A stretch of DNA of 64,000 nucleotides from Pseudomonadota bacterium (GCA_043797085.1 JAZDQA010000009.1:32001-96000), one strand, 5' to 3'. Numbered from the stretch's first letter, positions 52,093 through 63,053 are shown. The notes: generated by a model from the letters alone, not told the origin. A program made the numbers and translations.

Positions 52093-53162
52093 GCGAGACT
52101 CCTGACATACTGACGCACTTCAGTGTTGAGAGCAAAAATATCTTCAATGCATTTTGGCTCTTGCTCAAAGCGCTTAAAAGCATCCATAACCCGCTTTGAT
52201 ATCTCCAAAAAGGAAATTTTGCCCTCGACAAACTGCTCGATTGCCACTTCATTGGCAGCATTGACGATTACTCCTCGTGCTGGGTTTGCCAACAGCTCTT
52301 GTCGAATGTCCCAAATCGGATAACGATCACTGGTGATCTCTCGAAATTCCAAAGATCCTACTTCAAGCAAATTAACCGATTGTAAAATCTTTTCATCACT
52401 CTTTCCCATTAACGCATACGCGATGGGCAGCTGCATGTTGGCATTTGCAATATGGGCAGTAGTCGAACCGTCTTGGTAGTCAATCAGAGCATGGATAATC
52501 GATTTTGTTTCGATAATCGCATCGTATTCACCCTCACCAAACAGCCATCTAGCCTCTAAAAGCTCAAACATTTTATTCATCATCGAGGCGCTGTCAATCG
52601 TGATCTTTTGACCCATCGACCAATTGGGATGATTAAGGGCGTCTTTGAGCGTCGCCTCTTGGATTTTTTCAATCGGCCAATCTCTAAATGCACCGCCACT
52701 GGCAGTAATGAGCATCCGCGAGATAGGGCGTGCGGTTTGATTGAGATACCATAATCCAAAATGTTCACTGTCGATGGGGATAATTCGGGAAGTATCCACG
52801 AAAGCACCGCCGACAACTAATGATTCTTTGTTCGCTAATGCGATACGTTTGCCGCATTCCAACGCTTTTAACGTCGGTCTAAATCCTGCGAATCCGACAA
52901 GAGCATTGACGACAAAATCAGAAGTCGATGCCTCTATCGCCTCTAAAATCGCCTCTTCTCCCGCATAAACATTGGGATGATTGACATGAATAATATCTTG
53001 GGGATTTAAAACAACGACACATTTTGGGGAAAATTGTTGGATTTGTTGATTGAGGAGGGTAATGTTTCGCCCTGCAACGAGGGTATCAACGTTGAGATGA
53101 AAACGCTTGGCAATAGCAAGCGCATTGACACCGATAGAGCCCGTCGATCCTAAAAGGATCAA
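52089..53162 (-). CDS. dxr: 1-deoxy-D-xylulose-5-phosphate reductoisomerase
   Basis: LGSTGSIG, LANKESLV, PIDSEH, HPNWSMGQKITIDSA. Confidence 0.97.
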   Translation of the reverse strand: MILLGSTGSIGVNALAIAKRFHLNVDTLVAGRNITLLNQQIQQFSPKCVVVLNPQDIIHVNHPNVYAGEEAILEAIEASTSDFVVNALVGFAGFRPTLKALECGKRIALANKESLVVGGAFVDTSRIIPIDSEHFGLWYLNQTARPISRMLITASGGAFRDWPIEKIQEATLKDALNHPNWSMGQKITIDSASMMNKMFELLEARWLFGEGEYDAIIETKSIIHALIDYQDGSTTAHIANANMQLPIAYALMGKSDEKILQSVNLLEVGSLEFREITSDRYPIWDIRQELLANPARGVIVNAANEVAIEQFVEGKISFLEISKRVMDAFKRFEQEPKCIEDIFALNTEVRQYVRSLA

Positions 53163-53920
53163 GCAAGACCCCGTAAAAAGATGAGCATAATAATGGCTCC
53201 GAAAAGATACCCGTCAATGCGGTCAAGTATTCCGCCATGTCCCGGGAGGATATTTCCACTGTCTTTTACACCCGCCTGACGCTTAAGATAACTCTCAAAT
53301 AAGTCACCAAAAACCGCTGCCATTGCCGTAAGCATCGAGATAAGAATGGCTTGGGTCATATCTTCAACGATGCCGATTCCGATAAAAAAACCAGCCACAG
53401 TAGCAACGGCTATTCCGCCATAGACACCTTCTCGTGTCTTACTTGGGCTTGAAATCGAAAAAGGGGTACGCCCGATACTTTTTCCTACGAAATAAGCACC
53501 AATGTCTGCCGAAGCAACAACAACAAGAAGCCATAACAACGCTCCAATACCGTATTCTTCATACAGACTTAGAATATAAAGCATTCCCGCTGTGGGGTAT
53601 AAAAAGGGGAGAAAGTTTCGAAAAGGAATATTTTGGGTGTACGCTACTGCCCCTACGAATATCAGTCCCGAAATCACCAGTAAATCTTCACTGTACGGAT
53701 AAATGGATGCGATAATCCATAGAATCGCGGCGTACGCATAAAGTGAATTGTTGTTAATTCCAAAAAGACGTGTTGCTTCATGGAATGCAAGCATATATAC
53801 AGCGCCTAAAACAAGCCATATAAGCCAAAAGTTGTTAATAAGTCCAATGGCTAGAACCCCTAATCCTAAAAAAACGGCGGTAATAATGCGTGTTTGTAAC
53901 GCATTTGCGGATGGTTGCAT
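53159..53920 (-). CDS. cdsA: Phosphatidate cytidylyltransferase
   Basis: SPSKTREG, GDLFESYLKR, PGHGGILDRIDG. Confidence 0.95.
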   Translation of the reverse strand: MQPSANALQTRIITAVFLGLGVLAIGLINNFWLIWLVLGAVYMLAFHEATRLFGINNNSLYAYAAILWIIASIYPYSEDLLVISGLIFVGAVAYTQNIPFRNFLPFLYPTAGMLYILSLYEEYGIGALLWLLVVVASADIGAYFVGKSIGRTPFSISSPSKTREGVYGGIAVATVAGFFIGIGIVEDMTQAILISMLTAMAAVFGDLFESYLKRQAGVKDSGNILPGHGGILDRIDGYLFGAIIMLIFLRGLA

Positions 53921-53985
53921 CGGGTTTCCTGATGGAGGTGTTTAATTATCGCGATTATACCATTTTTAAATGTGCTTTTTATAAT

Positions 53986-54136
53986 TTAATGTTACGCACT
54001 TATGCATATTGAGTGATTTTCTTGAAAATTCAACTCTAAACTTCATTCGTTAAGAGATAGAGGTGCTTTGATTTACGTAATTTAGCACGTGTAACTTTGA
54101 ATTTTCAAGAAAATCATTCAATATGGGCAACATCAG
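53986..54136 (-). mobile_element. MITE-like element copy 4 (151 bp)
   Basis: Close match to copy 3; degenerate flanks TTATAAT / TTACACT (5/7). Confidence 0.8.
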
Positions 54137-54442
54137 TTACACTTTAATATCTAAAATATGGAGAGATTTTGCAGGAGCCTCTTCACTTTGAGGCTGTTCT
54201 TCATCACTGGAACGACGTTCTTCTTGTTCGGCTTGTTCTTTCGTATGTTCACGATTGGAGTCAACCGCTTTATTTTCTTCTGTGGGACGAACTTCTTGTA
54301 CCTCTTTTTTTTGCTCTTTCGAGATAGCCTGTGCGGCAAGCGCTTGGAGCTCAAGCCTGTTTTGTATCGCACCCACTTCAGCGGCAATGCCTGCCATTTG
54401 CTGATTTGCATAAATAACGCCACCAACAGGAGAGATTGCCAT
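54137..54442 (-). CDS. Hypothetical protein (charged, ends HILDIKV)
   Basis: RBS AAAGGA; in operon downstream of the NFACT gene. Confidence 0.75.
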   Translation of the reverse strand: MAISPVGGVIYANQQMAGIAAEVGAIQNRLELQALAAQAISKEQKKEVQEVRPTEENKAVDSNREHTKEQAEQEERRSSDEEQPQSEEAPAKSLHILDIKV

Positions 54443-54452
54443 AAAAAATCCT

Positions 54453-55778
54453 TTACTGCTTATCAATCACCAATGTTTTAAAGTTCGTATAGAGAACATT
54501 CGCCCCCTCTTGAACCCGCACTTCTCTTCTTGGAGTATAATCGACCAAATACGATCCTTTTTCAAATACAGAAAAATCAACGCACAGTTTTGCTGCAGCT
54601 TCCAAAATATTTCGAGGAAGTTCTTGCTTATCGGTGGTAATGATGACGTGGGCTGAAGGTCTGTCTTTTAGATGCAGCCAAACATCACGCGCACGGGCAT
54701 TACGCAGCAGTTCAATATTTCCTCGTTCACTTTTACCCAGTGAAATTTTTATCCCCTCAACCCAAAACAATGCAATAGACTCGCTTTGTTGATGCTTCAC
54801 TCCTCGCAGTTTTGCAGGAAAAAGCATCGCTATCTCTTCGGGCTGCAACGCATTGTGAATGGTGTGGAGAAACAACTCTAAATGGCGAATTTTTTCCTCA
54901 AGATTTTCACGCTCTTTAAAAAGTCCCTGTGCTTTTTGTTTGGCTTTTTTGGAACGCCTGAAAAACATTTCTGCCATTCGAGCGCCGGTGTGATACCCTT
55001 GCGGTACTTCTATCGTTATCTCATCGCCATTAAAATCATTCAACACTACGGTTGTCTCATACCCTTGGATGCGGTGGAGATTTGCCAATATCAGATGTCC
55101 TGCATGTTGTGCGTATGCCGAGTCATTTAACAATGCCTCTTCGTCAACCAGCGCTTCTATATGCATACGCAGTTGTCTTAAACGCTTTTCAATGAGCGTA
55201 CTTTTCTCTTTTTTTAACTTATCCAGCTTAGCTTGCGCATACACATCATACGTGTTGCGTAAAAAATCTTCTACATTTTCCAAAGGATAAAATATGGGGG
55301 TAAAGTCGGGACGCGGAGGATTAAGAAGAACTTCTCCGACTCGTACGCTTCGTACGGAAACATTTTCATCGATATGACGCAATGCTTCTAAAACAATCTC
55401 CTCTTTATCGAGCAAAACAGCATTCGTATATTTTCCCGTAAATTCAAATTGTAATAAGGTGACTTCGCTCTTATAAGAACCGCTTTGCGTCACTGCGATA
55501 CGGACGATTTTGTCATTATTATGGAGAGTAATCGATTGGATCACCGAACGATTAAATCGTTTCGCGAGCAATACGTCAAAAGGAGCCTGATAAACTTTTG
55601 ACCGCTTTGAATCAGGGGAGATGAAAACCGTTGCATTATCGCGCCGCATATCAAACGTCCACACCGATTCTCGATCAAATTCAAAGCTTATTTGGGTGTC
55701 GCTCACGCGATATGCTCGCTCTATTTGGTTAAACTTCTGCATCGTTTCAACGATTTGCTGTAAGTGGGAATGTTTCAT
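54453..55778 (-). CDS. NFACT/RqcH-family ribosome quality control protein
   Basis: [40 protein letters not shown]. Confidence 0.88.
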   Translation of the reverse strand: MKHSHLQQIVETMQKFNQIERAYRVSDTQISFEFDRESVWTFDMRRDNATVFISPDSKRSKVYQAPFDVLLAKRFNRSVIQSITLHNNDKIVRIAVTQSGSYKSEVTLLQFEFTGKYTNAVLLDKEEIVLEALRHIDENVSVRSVRVGEVLLNPPRPDFTPIFYPLENVEDFLRNTYDVYAQAKLDKLKKEKSTLIEKRLRQLRMHIEALVDEEALLNDSAYAQHAGHLILANLHRIQGYETTVVLNDFNGDEITIEVPQGYHTGARMAEMFFRRSKKAKQKAQGLFKERENLEEKIRHLELFLHTIHNALQPEEIAMLFPAKLRGVKHQQSESIALFWVEGIKISLGKSERGNIELLRNARARDVWLHLKDRPSAHVIITTDKQELPRNILEAAAKLCVDFSVFEKGSYLVDYTPRREVRVQEGANVLYTNFKTLVIDKQ

Positions 55779-55858
55779 TTGAATTATATTTCCTTATTTC
55801 AGAAGCGCTTTATCAAAAAAGAATTAGAATAGTTGAACCAAACAGAAGGTGGCTTTAC

Positions 55859-57436
55859 GTGAATCTCTTTAGAACAATCAAATCGAAGTTTATTTTTAAT
55901 CTCGTAGCCGCAGTAGGCGCAGTACTATTTAGTGTCATTGTAGCATATTTCATCGCTACCTCCTCTATCAAGGAGATTATGACAAGTGACCTCAATACGG
56001 TTGCCAATGCACTGGAAAAAAATGTCAATTACATTTCTCAAATCAAACCGGATGCCTACCAAGACGAGGCATTTAAAAATGACATCAAAAGCATTAAAAT
56101 CGGCAGCAGCGGTTACGTCTATTTTATCAATGCCGATGGTGTTATGACCATCCACCCAAAACCCGAAGATGAGGGTAAAAATAAAGCCGGTCATGACTAC
56201 ATCGACCACATCCGAGCCGATAAAGCAGGTGGGATTTATGAGTATATCTCTGCTACGACAGGGCAGCACAAAATCGCCGCATACCGTTATATCAAAGATT
56301 GGGACATGTGGGTTATTCCCGGAATTAACAAAGCCGATTATTTTGATGCGCTTCAAATAAGTTTCTTAAAATGGTTTGCTTTTTTGGGGAGCGTTTTAGT
56401 GAGTGTTTTAATCGCGATTAACTACATTTCAGGAACCAGCATTATTCGTCCTATCGAAGAACTCGATAAAGTTTCCTCTGATTTAGCCCATGGAAACGGG
56501 GATTTAACGAAACGTCTTCCGATTTTAAATGCTAGAGATGAGATTGGTATTGCAAGCTCTTACCTCAATTCTTTCATTGATAAAATTCAACTCACTATTA
56601 ACGACACCAAGCAAATTACCTCTTCCGCCGTGGGTTCTACAGCAACACTCAACACCGCCGCAGCCAACTTGGCGCAACAATCTCAAACAACCAATACCAT
56701 TGCACAAAACACGCGAACAACCGCATCTGAAATTCACCACTCCATCGAACAAAGTGTCTCTACAGCACGCAATTCTCTTGAAAACAATCAAAACAGTACG
56801 AACGAACTTGAAGAGGTTCGCTCCATCGCCCATGCTATCACGCATGAAATTCACAACACGACCCAAATGAACAATGACCTAGAAGAGCGTTTTGCCCAAC
56901 TCACCCAAGAGGCATCGAGCGTCAATGGAGTCCTTAGCATCATCTCAGACATTGCCGATCAAACCAATCTCCTCGCTCTCAATGCAGCCATCGAAGCAGC
57001 TCGTGCAGGTGAACATGGTCGTGGATTTGCCGTTGTAGCAGATGAAGTACGTAAACTCGCCGAACGTACGCAAAAAAGCCTTACCGAAATCAATGCCATT
57101 ATCTCGGTTGTCATTCAATCCATCTCCGATTCATCCGACATGATGAGCACGAACAGTGAGAACATTGAACGTCTTGCCGAAAAAAGTTCCGAAATTGATA
57201 TAAAAATCGATGCAACATCTAAAGTCCTGCACAACAATGTCAATGTAAGTCGTCAAAGCGTGGAAGATTCAAAAGTGATGGCAAATAAAATCAATGAAAT
57301 CATTTCAAAAGTTTCTGAAATGTCAAATCTCTCTCAAAAAAATCAAGATGACATTAAACAAATTTCTTACATTGCAGGTGAACTGTATGGAGCCGCAACC
57401 GATCTCAATGCGAAGCTCGGACAGTTTAAGTCCTAA
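55859..57436 (+). CDS. Methyl-accepting chemotaxis protein (Cache-HAMP-MA)
   Basis: Two TM helices, [23 protein letters not shown]...DEIG, MA tip motif. Confidence 0.93.
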   Translation: MNLFRTIKSKFIFNLVAAVGAVLFSVIVAYFIATSSIKEIMTSDLNTVANALEKNVNYISQIKPDAYQDEAFKNDIKSIKIGSSGYVYFINADGVMTIHPKPEDEGKNKAGHDYIDHIRADKAGGIYEYISATTGQHKIAAYRYIKDWDMWVIPGINKADYFDALQISFLKWFAFLGSVLVSVLIAINYISGTSIIRPIEELDKVSSDLAHGNGDLTKRLPILNARDEIGIASSYLNSFIDKIQLTINDTKQITSSAVGSTATLNTAAANLAQQSQTTNTIAQNTRTTASEIHHSIEQSVSTARNSLENNQNSTNELEEVRSIAHAITHEIHNTTQMNNDLEERFAQLTQEASSVNGVLSIISDIADQTNLLALNAAIEAARAGEHGRGFAVVADEVRKLAERTQKSLTEINAIISVVIQSISDSSDMMSTNSENIERLAEKSSEIDIKIDATSKVLHNNVNVSRQSVEDSKVMANKINEIISKVSEMSNLSQKNQDDIKQISYIAGELYGAATDLNAKLGQFKS

Positions 57437-57444
57437 GCTCATTT

Positions 57445-57453
57445 TGCTATAAT
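57445..57453 (+). promoter_or_regulatory. Extended -10 promoter for the leader of the btuB-like gene
   Basis: TGCTATAAT. Confidence 0.55.
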
Positions 57454-57491
57454 CCGCCACAATAAATAGATAAAAGGCGGATTAGACCAGT

Positions 57492-57656
57492 ATGCATGCA
57501 CCTCGCGGGTTTGGTAAGAATTATTTTTCTCTTGTCGCTATCCAAGCGTATGCGTCCGAAATTCGCCTTCTTCAAAATATTACCCGTATTGAGCTTGTCG
57601 CTCCTATTTGTCCTATCTATATCTACTCTGCTATTTCTCCTCCGCCTATCGATTAA
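57492..57656 (+). CDS. Putative 54-aa leader peptide ending SPPPID
   Basis: Open frame MHAPRGFGKNYFSLVAIQAYASEIRLLQNITRIELVAPICPIYIYSAISPPPID between the promoter and the TBDT; weak RBS AAGGCGG. Confidence 0.45.
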   Translation: MHAPRGFGKNYFSLVAIQAYASEIRLLQNITRIELVAPICPIYIYSAISPPPID

Positions 57657-57703
57657 TTTTATTTTCGTCAAAACAAAAATTATTATAATCGTTAAGGATA
57701 CCT

Positions 57704-59512
57704 ATGTTCAAACACACCCTTTCTATTGTTGCTTCTGCAACCCTTGTTGCCTCTCTGGGGGCTGATACGCTTTCACTCGAGCCTATCGTCATCTCCGCTT
57801 CCAAAACCGAACAATCGCTCAAAGACACTACTGCTAACATCGATGTTATAACCTCCGATGAACTCGAAGAGAGACATATAACATCGGTTATTGATGCGCT
57901 AAAAACCCTCAGCAATATTCCGATAGCACAAAATGGAGGGATAGGGAGCCAAAGTTCCTTTTTTCTTCGGGGATTCAGCTCTGAAAACGCCGTCGTTTTA
58001 GTGGACGGTATCCGCTACAACGATCCGACTACCCCAAAAGGGCAAGCACAGTTAGAGCAACTTATGGTCAATGATATTGAACGTATTGAAATCATAAAGG
58101 GGGCACAAAGCGGTGTTTGGGGGGCGAATGCCGTCGCCGGAGTGATTAATATCATCACTAAAAAAGCAACCGAAAAACTACGTATAGGTGCAACAGCTGA
58201 ATACGGCAGTTATGCAACCACTAAACTGGGTGCTAACATCTCCCAAAAAATCAATGCGTTATCGTACTATTTCGGGGCGAATCAGATCAAGACCAACGGC
58301 TTCTCTTCGATAACGCCCAAAGGGGAAAATCCCGAGGATTACGAAGCAGACGGTTATAAGAATGAGACGGTGAATGCAAAACTCAGCTACGATGTGACCC
58401 CATCCAATACCCTTAATGCTCAATTTAATTTTATCAATGCTTCATCCCAGTACGATGCGTACGCTCAACCCAACAGTGAAGCCAACGAAATCCATCAAAT
58501 CAACCGTTTGGGGAGCATCGGTTATATTCACCGCCTGAACTCTGAAGATTCGATTCAAGCGACCTACAGTATCTCTGATTTTGATAAAAAAGACCCCCTC
58601 GGATATACCAAAGCATTTACAGGGACACACAAAGAGGGGACACTCCAAGGGAGCTATCATTATGCGCCAAACTCCTTTTTGGTCATAGGTGGCAATGTTC
58701 TCCATTCTAAAGATACTGTTAGTGCTAAAGAGCTTGATTCCAAAGGGTTTTTTCTAACGAATACGAACCGTTTGGACAATCTCATCCTTACCGCATCTAT
58801 TCGTCATGATACGTATGATATGTTTAGGGACAAAACAACCGGTAAGATTGGGGTCAAATATAATTTTACGGACGAGGTCTCTTTTAGCACGAATTATGGA
58901 ACTGCTTATCGTGTACCCTCACTGTATGAGATTATAAATATCCATCCCGATATTACTGCTCTCAATGCCGAAACGACCAAAAGTTTTGACGCAACAATGC
59001 AGTATAAACATCTAAGTTTCACCTACTATAATAATCTCGTCGATAATCTTATCGGGTATGTCTCTGACCCCATTATGTGGTGGATCGGGGGATACACACA
59101 AGTTGAGGGAAAATCACGTTTTGAGGGGTATGAACTCGCTTATAAAAACACTATTGCAAGTAATCTCACATTAGACCTCGGATATAACCGTCTTTGGGCT
59201 AAAAATCAATACAATCAAGAGATTCAACGACGCGCAAAAGATACGGTTCGAAGTGCTTTGGATTATTATGGAATCAACAAAGTACATTTAGGGCTCAACG
59301 CACACTATATCGGAACACGCTATGATGATCTTGCCAAAACCAAACAAACAGGACGTTATTCCCTATGGGGAGCGGTCGTGAATTATGATGCGACCGAGAG
59401 TCTCAGTTTCTATCTTAAGGGAGACAATTTGAGCGATAAACTCTATCAAGAAGTTGACGGATACGGAACTGCCGGACGAAGCTTCTATGTTGGTGCAAAT
59501 GCTAAATTCTAA
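57704..59512 (+). CDS. btuB: TonB-dependent receptor, probably corrinoid (BtuB-like)
   Basis: TonB box-like IVISAS, plug motif IERIEIIKGAQSGVWGANAVAGVINIITK, GYGTAGRSFYVG..F end; next to cbiP. Confidence 0.75.
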   Translation: MFKHTLSIVASATLVASLGADTLSLEPIVISASKTEQSLKDTTANIDVITSDELEERHITSVIDALKTLSNIPIAQNGGIGSQSSFFLRGFSSENAVVLVDGIRYNDPTTPKGQAQLEQLMVNDIERIEIIKGAQSGVWGANAVAGVINIITKKATEKLRIGATAEYGSYATTKLGANISQKINALSYYFGANQIKTNGFSSITPKGENPEDYEADGYKNETVNAKLSYDVTPSNTLNAQFNFINASSQYDAYAQPNSEANEIHQINRLGSIGYIHRLNSEDSIQATYSISDFDKKDPLGYTKAFTGTHKEGTLQGSYHYAPNSFLVIGGNVLHSKDTVSAKELDSKGFFLTNTNRLDNLILTASIRHDTYDMFRDKTTGKIGVKYNFTDEVSFSTNYGTAYRVPSLYEIINIHPDITALNAETTKSFDATMQYKHLSFTYYNNLVDNLIGYVSDPIMWWIGGYTQVEGKSRFEGYELAYKNTIASNLTLDLGYNRLWAKNQYNQEIQRRAKDTVRSALDYYGINKVHLGLNAHYIGTRYDDLAKTKQTGRYSLWGAVVNYDATESLSFYLKGDNLSDKLYQEVDGYGTAGRSFYVGANAKF

Positions 59513-59597
59513 AAATTTCTGCCACGAAGTGGCAAGCTTTAGCGTCTTATCGACTAGCGTAGGCAAAGAGATTTTATTTCTTTGGCGTTCTAAATAA

Positions 59598-60158
59598 ATG
59601 AAACTTCTTTTCCGTCCCTACCTCCGCTATAAATTTCTAAACGTCCTCTTCACCGGTATGGTGGGGGGATCGGTCTTTACGATCTATGCAACCCTTAGCC
59701 CCTCGACGTTCTCGATCGGAGGGATACTCCTAGCACTAGGGATGATGGGGATGGCATACCTCTATCATCGTCTTATGAATATCCGTACTTTTTTCCGATT
59801 TACGCTGGCAACGGAACTTATCATGCTCCTTATGGTGGGGTATTATCTGTTGTTTTCTACCCATATTATGAGCGCCTTAATCATTTACGTTGCCTATCAG
59901 TTCTCTTTTATCTTCGGGGGATACTTGGTGCGCGCCGAAACCCATTTCGCCCGCCATGCACGGGTGATGGGGTGGATCGATGTCGCCAAACAGCAAGGTT
60001 CTCTCACAGGGCTGGCACTCTCGTACGGATTTTACAAACTCATAGAACATTATGAAGTCATCAAAGCCTCAGAACAAGTCTATGATTTGCATTTTGTCCT
60101 GTTCGCGCTGGAATGCTTGATTATCCTCTCGTTGCTTCGCGCGTTTAGGAAAAAATAG
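59598..60158 (+). CDS. Hypothetical membrane protein (about 6 TM, half-MFS-like)
   Basis: Multiple hydrophobic helices; abuts cbiP. Confidence 0.65.
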   Translation: MKLLFRPYLRYKFLNVLFTGMVGGSVFTIYATLSPSTFSIGGILLALGMMGMAYLYHRLMNIRTFFRFTLATELIMLLMVGYYLLFSTHIMSALIIYVAYQFSFIFGGYLVRAETHFARHARVMGWIDVAKQQGSLTGLALSYGFYKLIEHYEVIKASEQVYDLHFVLFALECLIILSLLRAFRKK

Positions 60159-61499
60159 ATGAAATCCATCTCCATTTTCGGCACCTCCTCTGATGCAGGG
60201 AAATCGACTCTAACCTTTGTGATCGGAAAACTCCTCCAAGAGCGGGGGATCAGCGTCGGGGTGTTCAAAGCCCAAAATGTCTCCAACAACTCTCATGTCT
60301 GCGATGATGGCTCTGAGATTGCCATCGCCCAGTATTTTCAAGCCGAGGTATTGTGTATCCCGACGAGTTATCATCTCAACCCCGTGTTGCTCAAATCGGG
60401 GCATGGTAACAGCGCCTCACTAATCGTAAAGGGGCGCGTCGTCGAGGATAAAGAGGTGCGGGAGTACTACCGTGATCTGGATTCTTTAAAACCCGCTGTA
60501 GATGAGTGCTTTGAGTATCTGAGTGAACGTTATGAGTGCATCATCTGTGAAGGGGCGGGGAGTCCCGTTGAGCTGAACCTGATGGACAAAGACCTCTCCA
60601 ATATCTACATTGCCGAAAAACAGGGTACGAAGATCATCCTCGTCGCCGACATCGAACGCGGAGGGGTTTTTGCTTCAATCTGGGGGGTGTATAATCTCCT
60701 CCCCGAAAAGTTGCGCGAAAATGTCATCGGGGTGATCGTCAACAAATTTCGCGGAGATAGAACCCTTTTTGATGATGGGGTGCGTATCATCGAAGAGCGC
60801 TTCGGTATCCCCGTCCTCGGTGTCCTCCCCTATACCCCGCTCAACCTCGGATTCGAAGACTCCCAAAGCCTTAAAAATTTTGTCCAAAACAAACCCCATC
60901 CCGCGCAAAAAATCGGGATCATCAACTACCCCACGATGAGCAACTACAACGATTTCGAGCCGCTTATCGCCGATGAGACAATCGCAGTCGAATTTATCAC
61001 CACTAACATCGCGTTAGAGAGTTTCGATCTCGTTATCCTTCCCGGAAGCAAACGGGTGATCGAGGATTTGCGGTGGCTCAAAAAAGTGGGTCTTTTCGAT
61101 GCGCTCCAAACGAGACAAAAAGAGATACTCGGCATTTGCGGCGGGTATCAGATGATGTTTGAAATCATCATCGATGATGGGTGTGTCGAAACCTCAGAAC
61201 CGAGTCGCGAAGAAGCTCTCGGATTTATCGATGATGTGATCGTATTTCAGCGGGATAAAGTGCTCAAAAAAGGGAAATATGAGATCTTTGGCCGCGCGAT
61301 AAACGGGTTTGAGATCCATCACGGAGTGAGTGAAAAATATCCCCTTTTCTATGAAAAAAATCACATCAAAGGGACGTTTGTTCATGGACTTTTTGATGAT
61401 GAGGTGTTTGAACGGTATAAGGAAAAAACGATTGATACGTTTATGGAGACGATGAGAGGTGAAATCGATGTGGAGAGGATACTGAAGCATGTCCTATAA
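60159..61499 (+). CDS. cbiP: Cobyric acid synthase
   Basis: GTSSDAGKS, FKAQNVSNN, EGAGSPVELNL, GICGGYQM, HGLF. Confidence 0.93.
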   Translation: MKSISIFGTSSDAGKSTLTFVIGKLLQERGISVGVFKAQNVSNNSHVCDDGSEIAIAQYFQAEVLCIPTSYHLNPVLLKSGHGNSASLIVKGRVVEDKEVREYYRDLDSLKPAVDECFEYLSERYECIICEGAGSPVELNLMDKDLSNIYIAEKQGTKIILVADIERGGVFASIWGVYNLLPEKLRENVIGVIVNKFRGDRTLFDDGVRIIEERFGIPVLGVLPYTPLNLGFEDSQSLKNFVQNKPHPAQKIGIINYPTMSNYNDFEPLIADETIAVEFITTNIALESFDLVILPGSKRVIEDLRWLKKVGLFDALQTRQKEILGICGGYQMMFEIIIDDGCVETSEPSREEALGFIDDVIVFQRDKVLKKGKYEIFGRAINGFEIHHGVSEKYPLFYEKNHIKGTFVHGLFDDEVFERYKEKTIDTFMETMRGEIDVERILKHVL

Positions 61500-61908
61500 G
61501 CAATGGTTCGATGCCCATGCCGCTAAACACGCCGCTATCATGGAAAAACTTATTTCTTTAAGTGCGTCAGAGGTAATCGAGTATTTTCGTTTTGAAAACA
61601 TGGTGCTCAATGAAGCAGATTTTTGTCTTTTGTACGCTGAAAATAAAAAGTGTCATGAAACCAAACATCTCAACTGCTATTGGTGCGCGTGTCCACATTT
61701 TCGTTTTAACGACAAAGGGTTTTCAATGCAAGAAGGAAAAACACTTTACAGCATCTGCTCTATCGACTGCAAAGAGGGAAAACGCTTTCTCAGTGATACT
61801 GCTATCCACCAAGATTGTACGAGCTGTTTAATTCCCCACCAAGAAAAAATTCTAAATAAAGATTTTAATCGTGATTGGCGGATAAGTATGGACAAAGCAC
61901 CCTGCTAA
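61489..61908 (+). CDS. Cysteine-rich small-domain protein
   Basis: CH...LNCYWCACP...DCTSCLIPH. Confidence 0.75.
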   Translation: MSYKQWFDAHAAKHAAIMEKLISLSASEVIEYFRFENMVLNEADFCLLYAENKKCHETKHLNCYWCACPHFRFNDKGFSMQEGKTLYSICSIDCKEGKRFLSDTAIHQDCTSCLIPHQEKILNKDFNRDWRISMDKAPC

Positions 61909-61931
61909 ATTTTAACTGCTGTTATCGCGTT

Positions 61932-63053
61932 TTATTTTCCTTTTCTTTTTTTCTGTTCTTCGGCTAATAGCGCACTCAATACAGCAAATACTTCTTTGCT
62001 TGCTGATTCAGCATCTTTAAAATAGCTCATAACATTCTTCGAATTTTCTCCGCATGTTCCTGATCTTACGCAATGAATCGCATCATGAATCCGATCATGT
62101 ACCACTTTGTGAGGGGCTTCAAGCTTAGAATAACTAGGGGCTGACCCAAACACTTCTTTCCCGACTCCGCTATCATACCATTTACCCAAGCGGCATCCAT
62201 GATGATCTGCAAATTCATCCTCTACACTATTTAAGAATACTGTTTTGTACCCTCTGGCTTTAAAGAGAAGATGATCCAGTTTTACGAGTACGATAAAGAT
62301 TGAATACAATACATCTTGTGAGTAATTATCGATGTCCACAGTACGAATATTTAACTCAGACAGTGAAGACTGAAAGCGGTTAAGCTTACTGCTGGACTCA
62401 GAAGACATATTTTCCATTGTAGTAGAACGTTCATCAATCTCTGTTGCATTTTGCTTCAGACTTTGGACACTCATTTCAACTTCTTGCGTGGCTTTTTGAG
62501 TTCGTTCCGCAAGCTTTCGTACTTCATCCGCAACTACGGCAAATCCTCGCCCGTGTTCACCCGCGCGTGCAGCTTCGATCGCAGCGTTTAGTGCCAGCAA
62601 ATTCGTTTGCTCTGAGATGTCTTTAATGAGGTTGATAATAGAGCTGATGGATTCTACACTGCTGCTAAGCTGAGAAGCTGAATTGTAATTATTGGAGATG
62701 TTGTCTGCTAATTTTTGTTGTGTATTAAGAAGATCTTTGATCTCATCATTGATTTCAATAGAAGATGCACGGTTGAGACGATTTAGCTCAGAAATCTCAC
62801 CAAGTTCTTCCACATTCGTTCCAATGTCTTTTTGAAGAGTAGAAAGATCATGTTCTGAACCGTTAACGAGATTCTCGGTAAGTTCATGAATAAGAGTAAA
62901 CATCACCTTATCATGACGTGCGGCAGTATTTTGCTCATTAAGTCGTTGATTTTCTTCCGTCATTTTTGCCATAGAGTCTTCAATCTCTGCCATTTTACGT
63001 TGTAATGTTTCATACTCATTAACTTTATCTAAATACCTTTTCTTATAAAACAT
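61932..63053 (-). CDS. Soluble chemoreceptor with C-terminal CZB zinc-binding domain
   Basis: MA tip motif; [22 protein letters not shown]. Confidence 0.93.
   Translation of the reverse strand: MFYKKRYLDKVNEYETLQRKMAEIEDSMAKMTEENQRLNEQNTAARHDKVMFTLIHELTENLVNGSEHDLSTLQKDIGTNVEELGEISELNRLNRASSIEINDEIKDLLNTQQKLADNISNNYNSASQLSSSVESISSIINLIKDISEQTNLLALNAAIEAARAGEHGRGFAVVADEVRKLAERTQKATQEVEMSVQSLKQNATEIDERSTTMENMSSESSSKLNRFQSSLSELNIRTVDIDNYSQDVLYSIFIVLVKLDHLLFKARGYKTVFLNSVEDEFADHHGCRLGKWYDSGVGKEVFGSAPSYSKLEAPHKVVHDRIHDAIHCVRSGTCGENSKNVMSYFKDAESASKEVFAVLSALLAEEQKKRKGK

Noticed and set aside
7212..54136. Palindromic repeats as a CRISPR array or integron attC sites
   Set aside because: Copies are dispersed with a conserved interior and TSDs; there are no unique spacers, cas genes or intI, and no RYYYAAC/GTTRRRY ends.
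57437..57703. Cobalamin riboswitch upstream of the btuB-like gene
   Set aside because: Conserved B12-element motifs were not found by eye; an Infernal scan is needed to exclude it fully.
57496..57765. 89-aa ORF from the track as the leader peptide
   Set aside because: It overlaps the TBDT start out of frame. The 57492-57656 frame ends cleanly before the TBDT and was preferred, though neither is proven.
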